Assembly: GCA_963765495.1 (NCBI GenBank)
Contig: CAVXWP010000008.1
Location: 672,001-736,000 of the forward strand
DNA: 64,000 nucleotides
Direction of reading: 5' to 3'
Source of the DNA: Blastocatellia bacterium
GTDB taxonomy: Bacteria; Acidobacteriota; Blastocatellia; UBA7656
The notes below the pieces were generated by a model that had not been told where the DNA came from, did not search any database, and worked only from the letters and a program-made list of their open reading frames with translations. Shown here piece by piece: positions 1 to 8,834 of the stretch. A program made the translations under genes and the position numbers. Each line of letters starts with the position of its first letter. Position 1 is the first letter of the stretch.

Positions 1-324
1 CTTCTGCGCATTTTCATAGGCGAATCCGACAGTTGGGAGGGGAAACCGCTCTATGAAGCAATAATCCTGAAGGCCAGAGAACGAGGCATAGCCGGGGCGA
101 CTATGCTGCGGGGATTGATGGGGTATGGTGCGGCCAGCCAGATACATACCGCGAGAATACTTCGCCTTTCCGAAGACCTGCCTATTATTGTAGAGATAAT
201 TGACAGCGCGGAAAACATCTCTGCGCTGCTGCCCGAAATCGAGCTAATGGTCACGGAAGGGCTCATAACGCTTGAGAAAGTGCGAATGCTCCAGCAGCGT
301 GGATCGAGCGAGACCGGTCAGTAA
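1..324 (+). CDS. DUF190 family (PII-like) protein, 5'-truncated by window edge
   Basis: Frame is open from base 1: LLRIFIGESDSWEGKPLYEAI...GIAGATMLRGLMGYG...LSEDLPIIVEIID...GLITLE, the typical DUF190 signature. Confidence 0.85.
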   Translation, partial: LLRIFIGESDSWEGKPLYEAIILKARERGIAGATMLRGLMGYGAASQIHTARILRLSEDLPIIVEIIDSAENISALLPEIELMVTEGLITLEKVRMLQQRGSSETGQ

Positions 325-351
325 GCCGGAACACTCACACTCCCTTGACCG

Positions 352-1530
352 CTAGCCCATCTGTTTGCGAAAGCGCCACGCGCTTATAGCCATCAGCAAG
401 ACGGCGAACCCGAGCAGCGCCAGAAGGTTCGGGTACAGGGTCTCTACCCCTGCTCCTTTCAGCATTATTCCACGCGCTATAGTGGCGAAGTGTCGCACAG
501 GGTTTATCACCGTTAATGGTTGCATCCAGTCCGGCATGGCTTCAATCGGAGTAGTCGCGCCCGACAATATCGCTATCGGCGGATTGATGAAAAAACTCAT
601 CAATTGCGCCTGTTGCTGTGACCGCGAAAATGTCGCCAGGAATGTCCCCAGCCCAATCCCGGCAAGTACGCAAAGCGCCCCCGCCAAATAGAGCAGCAAG
701 AGGCTGCCGCGAACCGGCACGTCAAAGACCAGCCAGCCTACAGCTACGGCTAAAAACACATCGGCAGAGAGCAGGAGAAAAATCGGCATCATCTTTGCCG
801 CAGTAATCTCGCCCGCCGTCGCCGGAGTCATCAGCAGTTGCTCGACCGTCCCGACCTCTTTTTCTTTTACCATCGAACCTGCCGCGACCAGCGATCCGTT
901 CAGGACGAGAAGGATGCCAAGCACGCCAGTCATCATGAACCACGAACTCTCCATACCGGGATTGAAAAGCAGCGCCACACGAGCCGTTACATCCCCTGAT
1001 GTGCCTGGCCCTGACGAGCCCTGCCCCAACGCGACTCCAATCGATGTCTGCCCGGAGCCTACAGCCGCACCTTGATTAAACGAGGCGATTATGCGCTGGC
1101 CGTACCCGGCTGCAATCCCCGCTGTGTTTGAGTTGACCCCGTCAAGCAGCAGCTGTACCTCCGCCGTTTCGCGCCGCTCGCGACGGCGGTCAAAATCCGT
1201 TGGTATTATCAACCCCGCATCCAGTTTGCCCGCGCTTAACTCTCGGCCCAATTCTTCCTGCGAAGCGAAATAGCCTTCTATCTGAAACGATCTGTTTTCG
1301 GTAAAGGCGGAAATCAGGTCGCGGCTCACCGAGGTGCGGCTTTGATCCACAACGCCCAGCCGGAGCCCCGTAACATCAGGGTTCAAAGCAAGCCCAAAGA
1401 TGACGAGTTGTACAGTAGGCGGAATCAACATCATCGAGATCAACTGATGATCCCGCTTGATATGACTCAACTCCTTTATGATAAGCGCAAAGATGCGCAG
1501 CCCGCGAATTTTGTCGATCAATCTTTTCAT
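352..1530 (-). CDS. ABC-2 type transporter permease (YbhR/YbhS-like)
   Basis: N-terminal TM, extracytoplasmic domain, KEKEVGTVEQLLMTP motif, multi-TM C-terminus. Confidence 0.9.
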   Translation of the reverse strand: MKRLIDKIRGLRIFALIIKELSHIKRDHQLISMMLIPPTVQLVIFGLALNPDVTGLRLGVVDQSRTSVSRDLISAFTENRSFQIEGYFASQEELGRELSAGKLDAGLIIPTDFDRRRERRETAEVQLLLDGVNSNTAGIAAGYGQRIIASFNQGAAVGSGQTSIGVALGQGSSGPGTSGDVTARVALLFNPGMESSWFMMTGVLGILLVLNGSLVAAGSMVKEKEVGTVEQLLMTPATAGEITAAKMMPIFLLLSADVFLAVAVGWLVFDVPVRGSLLLLYLAGALCVLAGIGLGTFLATFSRSQQQAQLMSFFINPPIAILSGATTPIEAMPDWMQPLTVINPVRHFATIARGIMLKGAGVETLYPNLLALLGFAVLLMAISAWRFRKQMG

Positions 1531-2639
1531 AATTCAACCTGCATCCTTCTTATGCGTACCCACGCCAATGAAAGAAAACCTGCGCCCAACACCGCGAGCG
1601 CCGCTACAGACTGCCACACACCCGACCAGGAACCTCCGCGCACAAAGGCATCTCGCGCGATCTCGATGTAGTAGCGCGCGGGTACGAAATAGGCGATCCA
1701 GCGAATGCCTGCCGGTATATTTGAAAGAGGGAACATGAAGCCTGAGATCAGAAACGAAAGCATGAAGCAAACCAGCGCGACGACTTGAATGGTGCTTGCC
1801 TGATCCGACATGGCCGCGCCCGCCATCGTTCCGAAACTAACGCAACAGAAGAGGTAGATTATCGTGCCTATGATGAAAGGCGTAATGTCTCCGGCGAAAC
1901 TGAGTCCAAACAACTTGATGCCGAACGTGACCACAAGCACCCACTCGGCCAGCGCGATTATGAAGTATGCGAAGGTCTTTCCCAGCAGGTATTCGTGTGC
2001 CGTGATGCTTGAGACATACACCTGTAGGATAGTCTTTTGCTCTGTCTCGCGCGACATCGCAAGCGCGGCCAGCAGCGGCGGAAAGAGTGCCAGAACGAGA
2101 GCGATCACACCCGGCCCGATATATTTGTCTGTATCGAGACCGGGATTGAACCAGTGCCGCGTCTCCGCTTTGATCGCGGGTTTAACCAGTGATTCATTGG
2201 CCCCGAGCTTTTGAGAAAAAGCCTGAGTTATGGCAGAGGCGTTGCCGCGCAGTATGTTTGCCGTGTTGGTGTCTGTCGCATCTATCAGCCATTGCACCTC
2301 CGCGTGCCCTCCGCGTGCGATGTCGCGCCCGAAATCGGCAGGGATAATAACAACCACTCGCGCTGCCTCGGCGGCCAGGGCCTGTTCAGCATTCATATGC
2401 GCAGGCAGGGGCACTACGCGGAATGTTATCGAATTGGCAAGCGTTTCAACATATTCTCGTGAGCGGGGCGAAGCATCATAATCCTGAACAACGGCAGTCA
2501 CCCCGGTGACTGAAAAAGCGATAGCCTTGCCGTAGAGCACAAGTAGAATGAGCGGCAGCAACAGGGCCAGGGCAACAGTCAGCCGGTCGCGAGATACCTG
2601 CGTCAATTCCTTGCGCGCCTGCGCGATAATGCGTTTCAT
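1527..2639 (-). CDS. ABC-2 type transporter permease (YbhS-like)
   Basis: MKRIIAQARKELTQVSRDR start (ATG at 2639 avoids overlap with the ATPase gene); NPGLD and SRETEQKT motifs; overlaps the next permease by 4 nt. Confidence 0.88.
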   Translation of the reverse strand: MKRIIAQARKELTQVSRDRLTVALALLLPLILLVLYGKAIAFSVTGVTAVVQDYDASPRSREYVETLANSITFRVVPLPAHMNAEQALAAEAARVVVIIPADFGRDIARGGHAEVQWLIDATDTNTANILRGNASAITQAFSQKLGANESLVKPAIKAETRHWFNPGLDTDKYIGPGVIALVLALFPPLLAALAMSRETEQKTILQVYVSSITAHEYLLGKTFAYFIIALAEWVLVVTFGIKLFGLSFAGDITPFIIGTIIYLFCCVSFGTMAGAAMSDQASTIQVVALVCFMLSFLISGFMFPLSNIPAGIRWIAYFVPARYYIEIARDAFVRGGSWSGVWQSVAALAVLGAGFLSLAWVRIRRMQVEL

Positions 2640-2649
2640 AGTCTTTCCC

Positions 2650-4659
2650 TCAATCTTCCGAAGCGCTTTTGCCTTCCTTGCGCGCCTGTTCAACCGTGGC
2701 GATAAATACATCTTCGAGCGAAAACCGCTCTTCATAGGCCTTCATCACCCGAATGCCTTCCCCTTCCAGGCGGCTCGTCAGTTGCCGTATGCCTGTCAAT
2801 ACGTCCGTATCCAAAATGACGTGCAGGCGATCACCAAACAGCGCGACGCGCCATCTTTCCATTTCGGCTTCCAGCAGATTCGCAGCCCGTTGCGGGTGGT
2901 CTGTGATCAACTCTATGAGGTGGCCCCGTTGCGCGGCCTTTACCTCAGAAGGCGCTCCTTCGGCGATCAATTCGCCAGCGACCATCAGACCCAGCCTGTT
3001 GCATTGCTCGGCTTCTTCGAGGTAATGCGTGGTCACAAGGATAGCCACCCCTCGATCTGCCAGCGTGTTGATCATCTTCCAGAAAGCGCGTCGTGCAAGC
3101 GGATCAACGCCCGATGTCGGTTCGTCAAGAAAGACAACACTCGGCTCGTGCATGATAGCCGCGCCAAAGGCTACGCGCTGTTTCCATCCACCCGGCAGCG
3201 CACCCGTGACCGTATTGCCCCGGTTGCCGAGGCCGGAGAATTCCAGTACCCACCGCTTCTTCTTTTCGCGCTGGTCAGCCGGGATTCCGTACACTCCCGC
3301 AAAGAAGTTCAGGTTTTCATCTATGGTCAGATCATCGTAGAGCGAGAATTTTTGAGACATATAACCGATGCGCTGACGAACAAAGGCCGAGCGCAGACTT
3401 CCATGCTCGCCTGCTAGTTCCATTGCCCCGCTCGAAGGCGAAATAAGCCCGCAGAGCATCTTTATCGTAGTGGTCTTCCCCGCCCCGTTTGCGCCAAGCA
3501 ACCCGTAGATTTCGCCGTAACGAACCTCGATGTTTATGCCCTTTACCGCGTGAAAACTTCCAAACGATTTTTTCAAGTCTTTTGCGCCGATTGCGATGGC
3601 GTCCTCATCCCGCTCGCGAAACTCTCGAATAAACGGGTACCCGGGCGTCTTCATTTCGCCACCCATTTCGCGCAGGACCGATACAAAAGTGTTCTCAAGC
3701 GTAGGGGCTGCCACGCGCACATCTTCGACCCCGATACCATTATTGGCGAGCGCAGCGCGTGTCATCTGCTCGGCAATTTTCGTGTCTCTCACCATCAGGT
3801 CGAGCCGGTCGCCGAATCGCTGCACATCGGAAATCCCCGTCGTTTCACTAAGAACCTCCTCGGCTCGACCGAGGTCGGTTGCGCGAATCTCCATTCGATC
3901 AAGCCCCTGACTGCGGCGGAGTTGATCGGGAGTTCCGATTTGACGAATCTGCCCGTCATACATCAGCGCGACTCTGTGACATCGCTCGGCCTCATCAAGA
4001 TAGGGGGTCGCAACTATTATCGTCATCCCCTCGTTTGAAAGGCCCGCGAGCGTTCCCCAGAATTCGCGCCGCGATACGGGATCAACGCCTGTAGTCGGCT
4101 CATCGAGCAGAAGGAGACGAGGCTCGGTAATCAGCGCGCAGGCGAGCGCGAGTTTCTGTTTCATCCCGCCGCTCAACCTTCCCGCGAGGCGGTCCCTGAA
4201 CCTGTCCATATCAAACAGCTTCAGATAGCGATCTCCGCGCCTCTTGATCTCTCCGACTTCCAGCCGTCGAAGCTCGCCCATGTAGCGGAGGTTTTCGCTC
4301 ACGCTCAGATCGGGGTAAAGGCTGAAGCTTTGCGTCAGGTAGCCGATCTTGTCTCTGGCATCGCGTGACTTGTGGCCGAAGACGATAGCCTCGCCACCTG
4401 TCGCCTGCATTACGCCGCCAAGGATTTGAAATACGGATGTCTTCCCGGCTCCGTCGGGTCCGATCAAGCCAAAGATTTCTCCCCGCTTAACCTCAAGGTC
4501 GATACCGCGCACGGCTTCGACACCGCCGTATTCTTTCCGCAAATTGCGAATAGTTATGGCAAACCCAGACCCGTTTTCTAATTCGAGTTTCTTGCCTGTC
4601 GATGGTAGAGAACGCGAATCAAACACCTCGCTGGTAGAACTCTGTACTGCGTTCATCAT
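2650..4659 (-). CDS. ABC transporter ATP-binding protein with two NBDs (YbhF-like)
   Basis: Two Walker A motifs (GPDGAGKT, GANGAGKT), LSGGMKQK / LPGGWKQR signatures, two LDEPT Walker B motifs. Confidence 0.93.
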   Translation of the reverse strand: MMNAVQSSTSEVFDSRSLPSTGKKLELENGSGFAITIRNLRKEYGGVEAVRGIDLEVKRGEIFGLIGPDGAGKTSVFQILGGVMQATGGEAIVFGHKSRDARDKIGYLTQSFSLYPDLSVSENLRYMGELRRLEVGEIKRRGDRYLKLFDMDRFRDRLAGRLSGGMKQKLALACALITEPRLLLLDEPTTGVDPVSRREFWGTLAGLSNEGMTIIVATPYLDEAERCHRVALMYDGQIRQIGTPDQLRRSQGLDRMEIRATDLGRAEEVLSETTGISDVQRFGDRLDLMVRDTKIAEQMTRAALANNGIGVEDVRVAAPTLENTFVSVLREMGGEMKTPGYPFIREFRERDEDAIAIGAKDLKKSFGSFHAVKGINIEVRYGEIYGLLGANGAGKTTTIKMLCGLISPSSGAMELAGEHGSLRSAFVRQRIGYMSQKFSLYDDLTIDENLNFFAGVYGIPADQREKKKRWVLEFSGLGNRGNTVTGALPGGWKQRVAFGAAIMHEPSVVFLDEPTSGVDPLARRAFWKMINTLADRGVAILVTTHYLEEAEQCNRLGLMVAGELIAEGAPSEVKAAQRGHLIELITDHPQRAANLLEAEMERWRVALFGDRLHVILDTDVLTGIRQLTSRLEGEGIRVMKAYEERFSLEDVFIATVEQARKEGKSASED

Positions 4660-4669
4660 CTACCTCCAT

Positions 4670-5860
4670 TTACTTTCTTGCAGTTTCGACCCACTGGTCG
4701 CCGATAGTCAGCACCTCACCGTCGGCGGGCATTCCTGGTTTGGCAAAGCCTTGCGGGCTCTTGAGTTGAAGTTTTACGCCGACCACCTGTTTTACTCGAT
4801 CATCACGAAAATATGTATTCTCAGGCGTAAAGGAGGCTTGCGGGTCAATGCGAGAGACAACGGCGTCAAGCGGCTGTCTCGAATTCGAGTCAAGATAGAC
4901 CCTCGCCGATTGACCCACGCGAACGCGACCTATCTCGCCTTCGGGGATAAAGCCTCGCAGGTAGACTTGATTGAAATCTATCAGCGTCAATATAGGAGCC
5001 CCTGCTGCGACTACTTCACCCGGCTCTGCTGCGCGAGTGGCGACCACACCATCAAAGGGAGCGGTGATCTGCAAATCCCGGCGATTTGCCTCGGCCTCCT
5101 GAAGCCGCGCGCGAGCCTGATCGGCTTCGGCCTGAGCGGATGCGACGACAGATTGCGCCTGGCGAATTTGTTGTTCGATAGTGGCGGCTTCGGCCGCATG
5201 AATTGCCGGGTTCTCAAGATTGGCCCTTGCCGCTACAAGCACCCCGCGCGCAGCCTCAACCTGACGCTCGGCGGCTGCAACCGCGGCTACCTGCGTTTCA
5301 GCAACGGTGGTTGCCTGCCTCCCTTCTCGATCCGAGACAACACCCTGACGAGCAAGCGCGGTGAAGCGTTCCCTGTCATACTTTGCCTGCTCATATTTTG
5401 CGCGAGCCTGAGCAAGCGAGGCTTCGGCAGCTGCTACCTGCGCAGAAGCCTCGCTGACGCGCCCAAGTGCGTCTGCCCGCGATTGAGTCACGGTCAACAG
5501 GCTCTGCGAAAGCTGCGCCTGGAGCACGCTGATCGCCTGCTGTGCTTCGAGAACTCTTGCTTCTGATTGTTCGACGGCCGAACGCTCTTGCGCCTCTCTT
5601 GCCTTGATCTGATCGTCATCGAGAACGGCGATTACCTGACCCGCCTTTACCGGGTCGCCTTCCCGCACGGTTATTTCCCGGATGCGTCCCTGTGTTTTTG
5701 CAGCCACTGCCGCGTCGTCGCTCTCAATGCGACCGCTAAGTGTAATAATCCCTTCGGGCCGAGCAGGTCCACGCAGAAAAAACCACCACGCGGACGCGCC
5801 CGCTATAAGAATCAGAGCCGGAATTGCTATCTTTCCAATACGACTTTTTGTGGGTTTCAT
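4670..5860 (-). CDS. HlyD/YbhG family membrane fusion protein
   Basis: N-terminal anchor, lipoyl half-motifs (GRIREITVREGDPVKAGQ; ITAPFDGVV), long alanine-rich coiled coil, FTPEN and KPGMPADG motifs; GGAG RBS before ATG 5860. Confidence 0.9.
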   Translation of the reverse strand: MKPTKSRIGKIAIPALILIAGASAWWFFLRGPARPEGIITLSGRIESDDAAVAAKTQGRIREITVREGDPVKAGQVIAVLDDDQIKAREAQERSAVEQSEARVLEAQQAISVLQAQLSQSLLTVTQSRADALGRVSEASAQVAAAEASLAQARAKYEQAKYDRERFTALARQGVVSDREGRQATTVAETQVAAVAAAERQVEAARGVLVAARANLENPAIHAAEAATIEQQIRQAQSVVASAQAEADQARARLQEAEANRRDLQITAPFDGVVATRAAEPGEVVAAGAPILTLIDFNQVYLRGFIPEGEIGRVRVGQSARVYLDSNSRQPLDAVVSRIDPQASFTPENTYFRDDRVKQVVGVKLQLKSPQGFAKPGMPADGEVLTIGDQWVETARK

Positions 5861-5959
5861 AGTTACTCCATTTGAGTCAGTTGATGTTTGAGTTTTCATC
5901 CGAGCAATCAGCATCTCGAACGGCTTGTCGAGCGCGCCCGCCAGCTTGAAGCTCAGCCC

Positions 5960-6355
5960 TTACTGAATGTCGATCTGTCTCGAAGCAGTCCTTGCCGACA
6001 TATATGCATCAAGAGGCGACAGCAGAATAATCAGCAGCCACATAGGAACGGCTACAAGCAGAGCGAGAGCAATTCCTCCAAATCGATTAAGGCGAAGCGA
6101 CGCGGTTTTACTTGCCACATCGCGGTTGAGCGCGTTAAGAAGCAGACCGGAGAGCGATTGATGTATCTGCAAATCGCTTTGCAAGGTCCTGGTTTCGAAA
6201 TCACTACCGCCGGGATTATTTATTGCTGTCACAGGTTTGTCGCTTTGATGAGCGCCGCACAGGCGACAAAAGTTGTCTGTTGCAGACATCTGTCTGTTGC
6301 AACTGTCGCATTGCCTGATGACAATCGTTTTTGCCATGCGCGCGCAAGTCATCAT
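5960..6355 (-). CDS. Small zinc-ribbon membrane protein (hypothetical)
   Basis: CDSC...CRLCG zinc-ribbon motif, C-terminal hydrophobic helix, GAGG RBS. Confidence 0.65.
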   Translation of the reverse strand: MMTCARMAKTIVIRQCDSCNRQMSATDNFCRLCGAHQSDKPVTAINNPGGSDFETRTLQSDLQIHQSLSGLLLNALNRDVASKTASLRLNRFGGIALALLVAVPMWLLIILLSPLDAYMSARTASRQIDIQ

Positions 6356-6420
6356 TAATACCTCACTTGATTTTCGCTAACCCTGTTTGTTGTCACTTCC
6401 CCGTGACAGGGGGCTATTGG

Positions 6421-6435
6421 GCAAATGCTTTGCCA
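6421..6435 (-). promoter_or_regulatory. Putative sigma54 (-24/-12) promoter
   Basis: Minus strand reads TGGCAAAGCATTTGC, with GG and GC at the exact sigma54 spacing, ~65 nt upstream of the 6355 start. Confidence 0.55.
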
Positions 6436-6806
6436 CACCCCTTCCGCGCCTGCGCGTGGCCACCTAAAGCGTTGAAGTAACAGGGTTAATAAGGTTTGAC
6501 GGGGCTTATCAATACGAATTGATGGTCAGCTCAACTGCCGGGATTTTGGCAGGTGCCAACTGCCGGTGCCGGTATATGGGCACTCGATTTTCAGATACCT
6601 CAATCGTGGTAGGAAAAAACCATTCGATCTCGGGATTTTTTTTCTTGCGTCGATACTGCATAGTGTAGTTTGACTGAGGTGATGGCGACGCTTGCAAAGC
6701 CATATCAAACCGCAAGAGATCGGGACAAATGAGTTTGAACGAAGCCTGTGTTGCGGTCGGAGGATACGGATTACAAACCGATGACGGAGGTGATACACTT
6801 TTTGCC

Positions 6807-8483
6807 ATGGCTGATATGACTCCACTATTACCGACAGGACCTTCGCGCGCCGAAGAGATGTCTCCGACTTTGACACCGGCTCAGATCGCGCGGATCGCAA
6901 AACATGGCCGCAAGCGGAAGATTGAGCCAGGCGAGGTCCTTTCTGAAGCGGGTGAACAGGCCACGCGGTTCTTTGTCGTCATCGAAGGCCGGATCGACAT
7001 CGTCCGATTCTCTTGCGAAATCGAGGAACTCGTTCTCTCATATGGCCCCGGCATGTTTACCGGAGAAGTTAACCTGCTTTCGGGTCGGCGCGGGTTGGCT
7101 CGCATTCAGGCGGGTGACTCGGGCGAAGTGATCGAAGTTGATCGCGAACAGTTGCTCGGGCTCGTCCAGACCGACAGCGAGTTGAGCGATATTTTGATGC
7201 GGGCTTTTATCCTTCGCAGGGTGGAATTGATAGCGCGCGGATTCGGAGATGTAGTGCTGGTCGGTTCGGTCCATTGCGCGGGGACGCTTCGCATAAAAGA
7301 GTTTCTTACGCGCAACGGCCATCCCTACTCGTTTGTCGATCTTGACGTTGATACAGGCGTTCAAGCCTTGCTGGACCACTTCCACGTAGGCGTTGAGGAC
7401 GTGCCGGTTTTGATCTGTCGAGGCGAAGTCGTACTTCGCAACCCGACCAACCAGCAGATCGCCGACTGCCTCGGTTTTAACGACGCGATTGACCAGACAC
7501 ATGTCCGCGACCTTGTGATTGTCGGGGCCGGTCCTTCGGGGTTGGCGGCGGCTGTCTACGGCGCGTCGGAAGGGCTGGATGTCCTCGTACTTGAAGCCGA
7601 CTCGCCGGGGGGGCAGGCCGGTTCCAGTTCGAAGATCGAAAATTATCTTGGATTTCCCACGGGCGTGTCTGGTCAGGAACTCGCCGCTCGGGCTTATACA
7701 CAGGCGCAAAAATTCGGGGCGCAGGTGATTATCGCCAGAGGGGCTAAGGAATTGAAATGCGAAAGAAGGCCCTACACAATCGAGATAGACAACGGCCCCC
7801 GCGTGCCCGCTCGCGCGATTATCATCGCAACCGGCGCAGAGTATCGCAGGTTGTCGCTCGATAACCTGTCTCAGTTTGAAGGCGCGGGAGTGTATTACGG
7901 CGCAACATTCATCGAGGCGCAGCTATGCAAGGGGGAAGAGGTAGTAGTCGTAGGCGGAGGCAATTCGGCAGGACAAGCGGCGGTATTTCTCTCTCAAACC
8001 GCCAGACGCGTACATCTGCTTGTCAGGTCGGATGGCCTGGCCGATTCGATGTCGCGTTATCTGATTCGTCGGATCGAAGACAATCCGGCAATAACCCTGC
8101 TTTCCCAAACAGAGATCACATCTCTTGAAGGAAACGGCCATCTGGAACGCGTCTGCTGGCGCAACAATCATACGGGGGAGACCCAGACCCGCGATTTAAG
8201 CCACATCTTTATAATGGCGGGCGCAATTCCCAACACACACTGGCTGGACGGATGCCTGGCACTAGATGCGAACGGCTTTATAAAGACTGGACCTGACCTG
8301 TCGCACGACGATCTGGTCGCCGCCGCCTGGCCCCTTCCCCGACCGCCCTATCTGCTCGAAACCAGCCTGCCCGGAGTCTTTGCCGTCGGCGACGTGCGTG
8401 GTGGGAGCATCAAGCGCGTGGCGTCAGCCGTCGGCGAGGGATCAATCGCCGTCGCCTTTGTACATCGAGTGCTGCACGAATAA
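6807..8483 (+). CDS. cNMP-binding domain / glutaredoxin-like domain / thioredoxin-reductase-like FAD oxidoreductase
   Basis: N-terminal CAP-ED fold (FFVVIEGRIDIV, GPGMFTGE), GAGPSG FAD motif, SSSKIENYLGFP, GGGNSAGQAA NADPH motif, TSLPGVFAVGD. Confidence 0.88.
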   Translation: MADMTPLLPTGPSRAEEMSPTLTPAQIARIAKHGRKRKIEPGEVLSEAGEQATRFFVVIEGRIDIVRFSCEIEELVLSYGPGMFTGEVNLLSGRRGLARIQAGDSGEVIEVDREQLLGLVQTDSELSDILMRAFILRRVELIARGFGDVVLVGSVHCAGTLRIKEFLTRNGHPYSFVDLDVDTGVQALLDHFHVGVEDVPVLICRGEVVLRNPTNQQIADCLGFNDAIDQTHVRDLVIVGAGPSGLAAAVYGASEGLDVLVLEADSPGGQAGSSSKIENYLGFPTGVSGQELAARAYTQAQKFGAQVIIARGAKELKCERRPYTIEIDNGPRVPARAIIIATGAEYRRLSLDNLSQFEGAGVYYGATFIEAQLCKGEEVVVVGGGNSAGQAAVFLSQTARRVHLLVRSDGLADSMSRYLIRRIEDNPAITLLSQTEITSLEGNGHLERVCWRNNHTGETQTRDLSHIFIMAGAIPNTHWLDGCLALDANGFIKTGPDLSHDDLVAAAWPLPRPPYLLETSLPGVFAVGDVRGGSIKRVASAVGEGSIAVAFVHRVLHE

Positions 8484-8495
8484 AAGGAGGAAGCT

Positions 8496-8765
8496 GTGCC
8501 CGATCAAATCTGTTCTCATATAGATGCGCTTACCGATGTCAAACACGCGAAGCGTCATGAGTGCGAAGAGTGCGTGAAGATAGGCGCGCGATGGGTCCAC
8601 CTGCGGACCTGTCAGGAGTGCGAAAAGACGTTGTGCTGCGACAGTTCACCTAACCAGCACGCAAGCCGACACGCGCGAGCCGAGAAGCATCCGGTGATCG
8701 CCTCGGCAGAGCCGGGGGAGCGATGGTTGTATTGTTACCCGGATGATGCTTTCGCCGAGTATTGA
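8496..8765 (+). CDS. UBP-type zinc finger protein (stand-alone)
   Basis: CEEC...WVHLRTCQEC...CCDSSPNQHASRHA...HPVIASAEPGERWLYCY; AGGAGG RBS with GTG start. Confidence 0.88.
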   Translation: MPDQICSHIDALTDVKHAKRHECEECVKIGARWVHLRTCQECEKTLCCDSSPNQHASRHARAEKHPVIASAEPGERWLYCYPDDAFAEY

Positions 8766-8834
8766 ACCTTCCTTTGAAACTCTTACTCCTGGCTGACGCA
8801 TCAGAGAGAAAGGTCAGTCGGAAGGACAACCCTG

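Noticed and set aside
2548-5566. 289 aa and 340 aa plus-strand ORFs opposite the ABC ATPase and HlyD genes
   Set aside because: Shadow ORFs of well-supported minus-strand genes with unnatural composition
6729-6806. Upstream in-frame extensions given by the ORF track (also at 2735, 5914, 17115, 28966, 35158, 36094, 41118, 46768, 56462, 59340)
   Set aside because: Downstream ATGs have better RBS or promoter context and match expected family N-termini, so starts were trimmed
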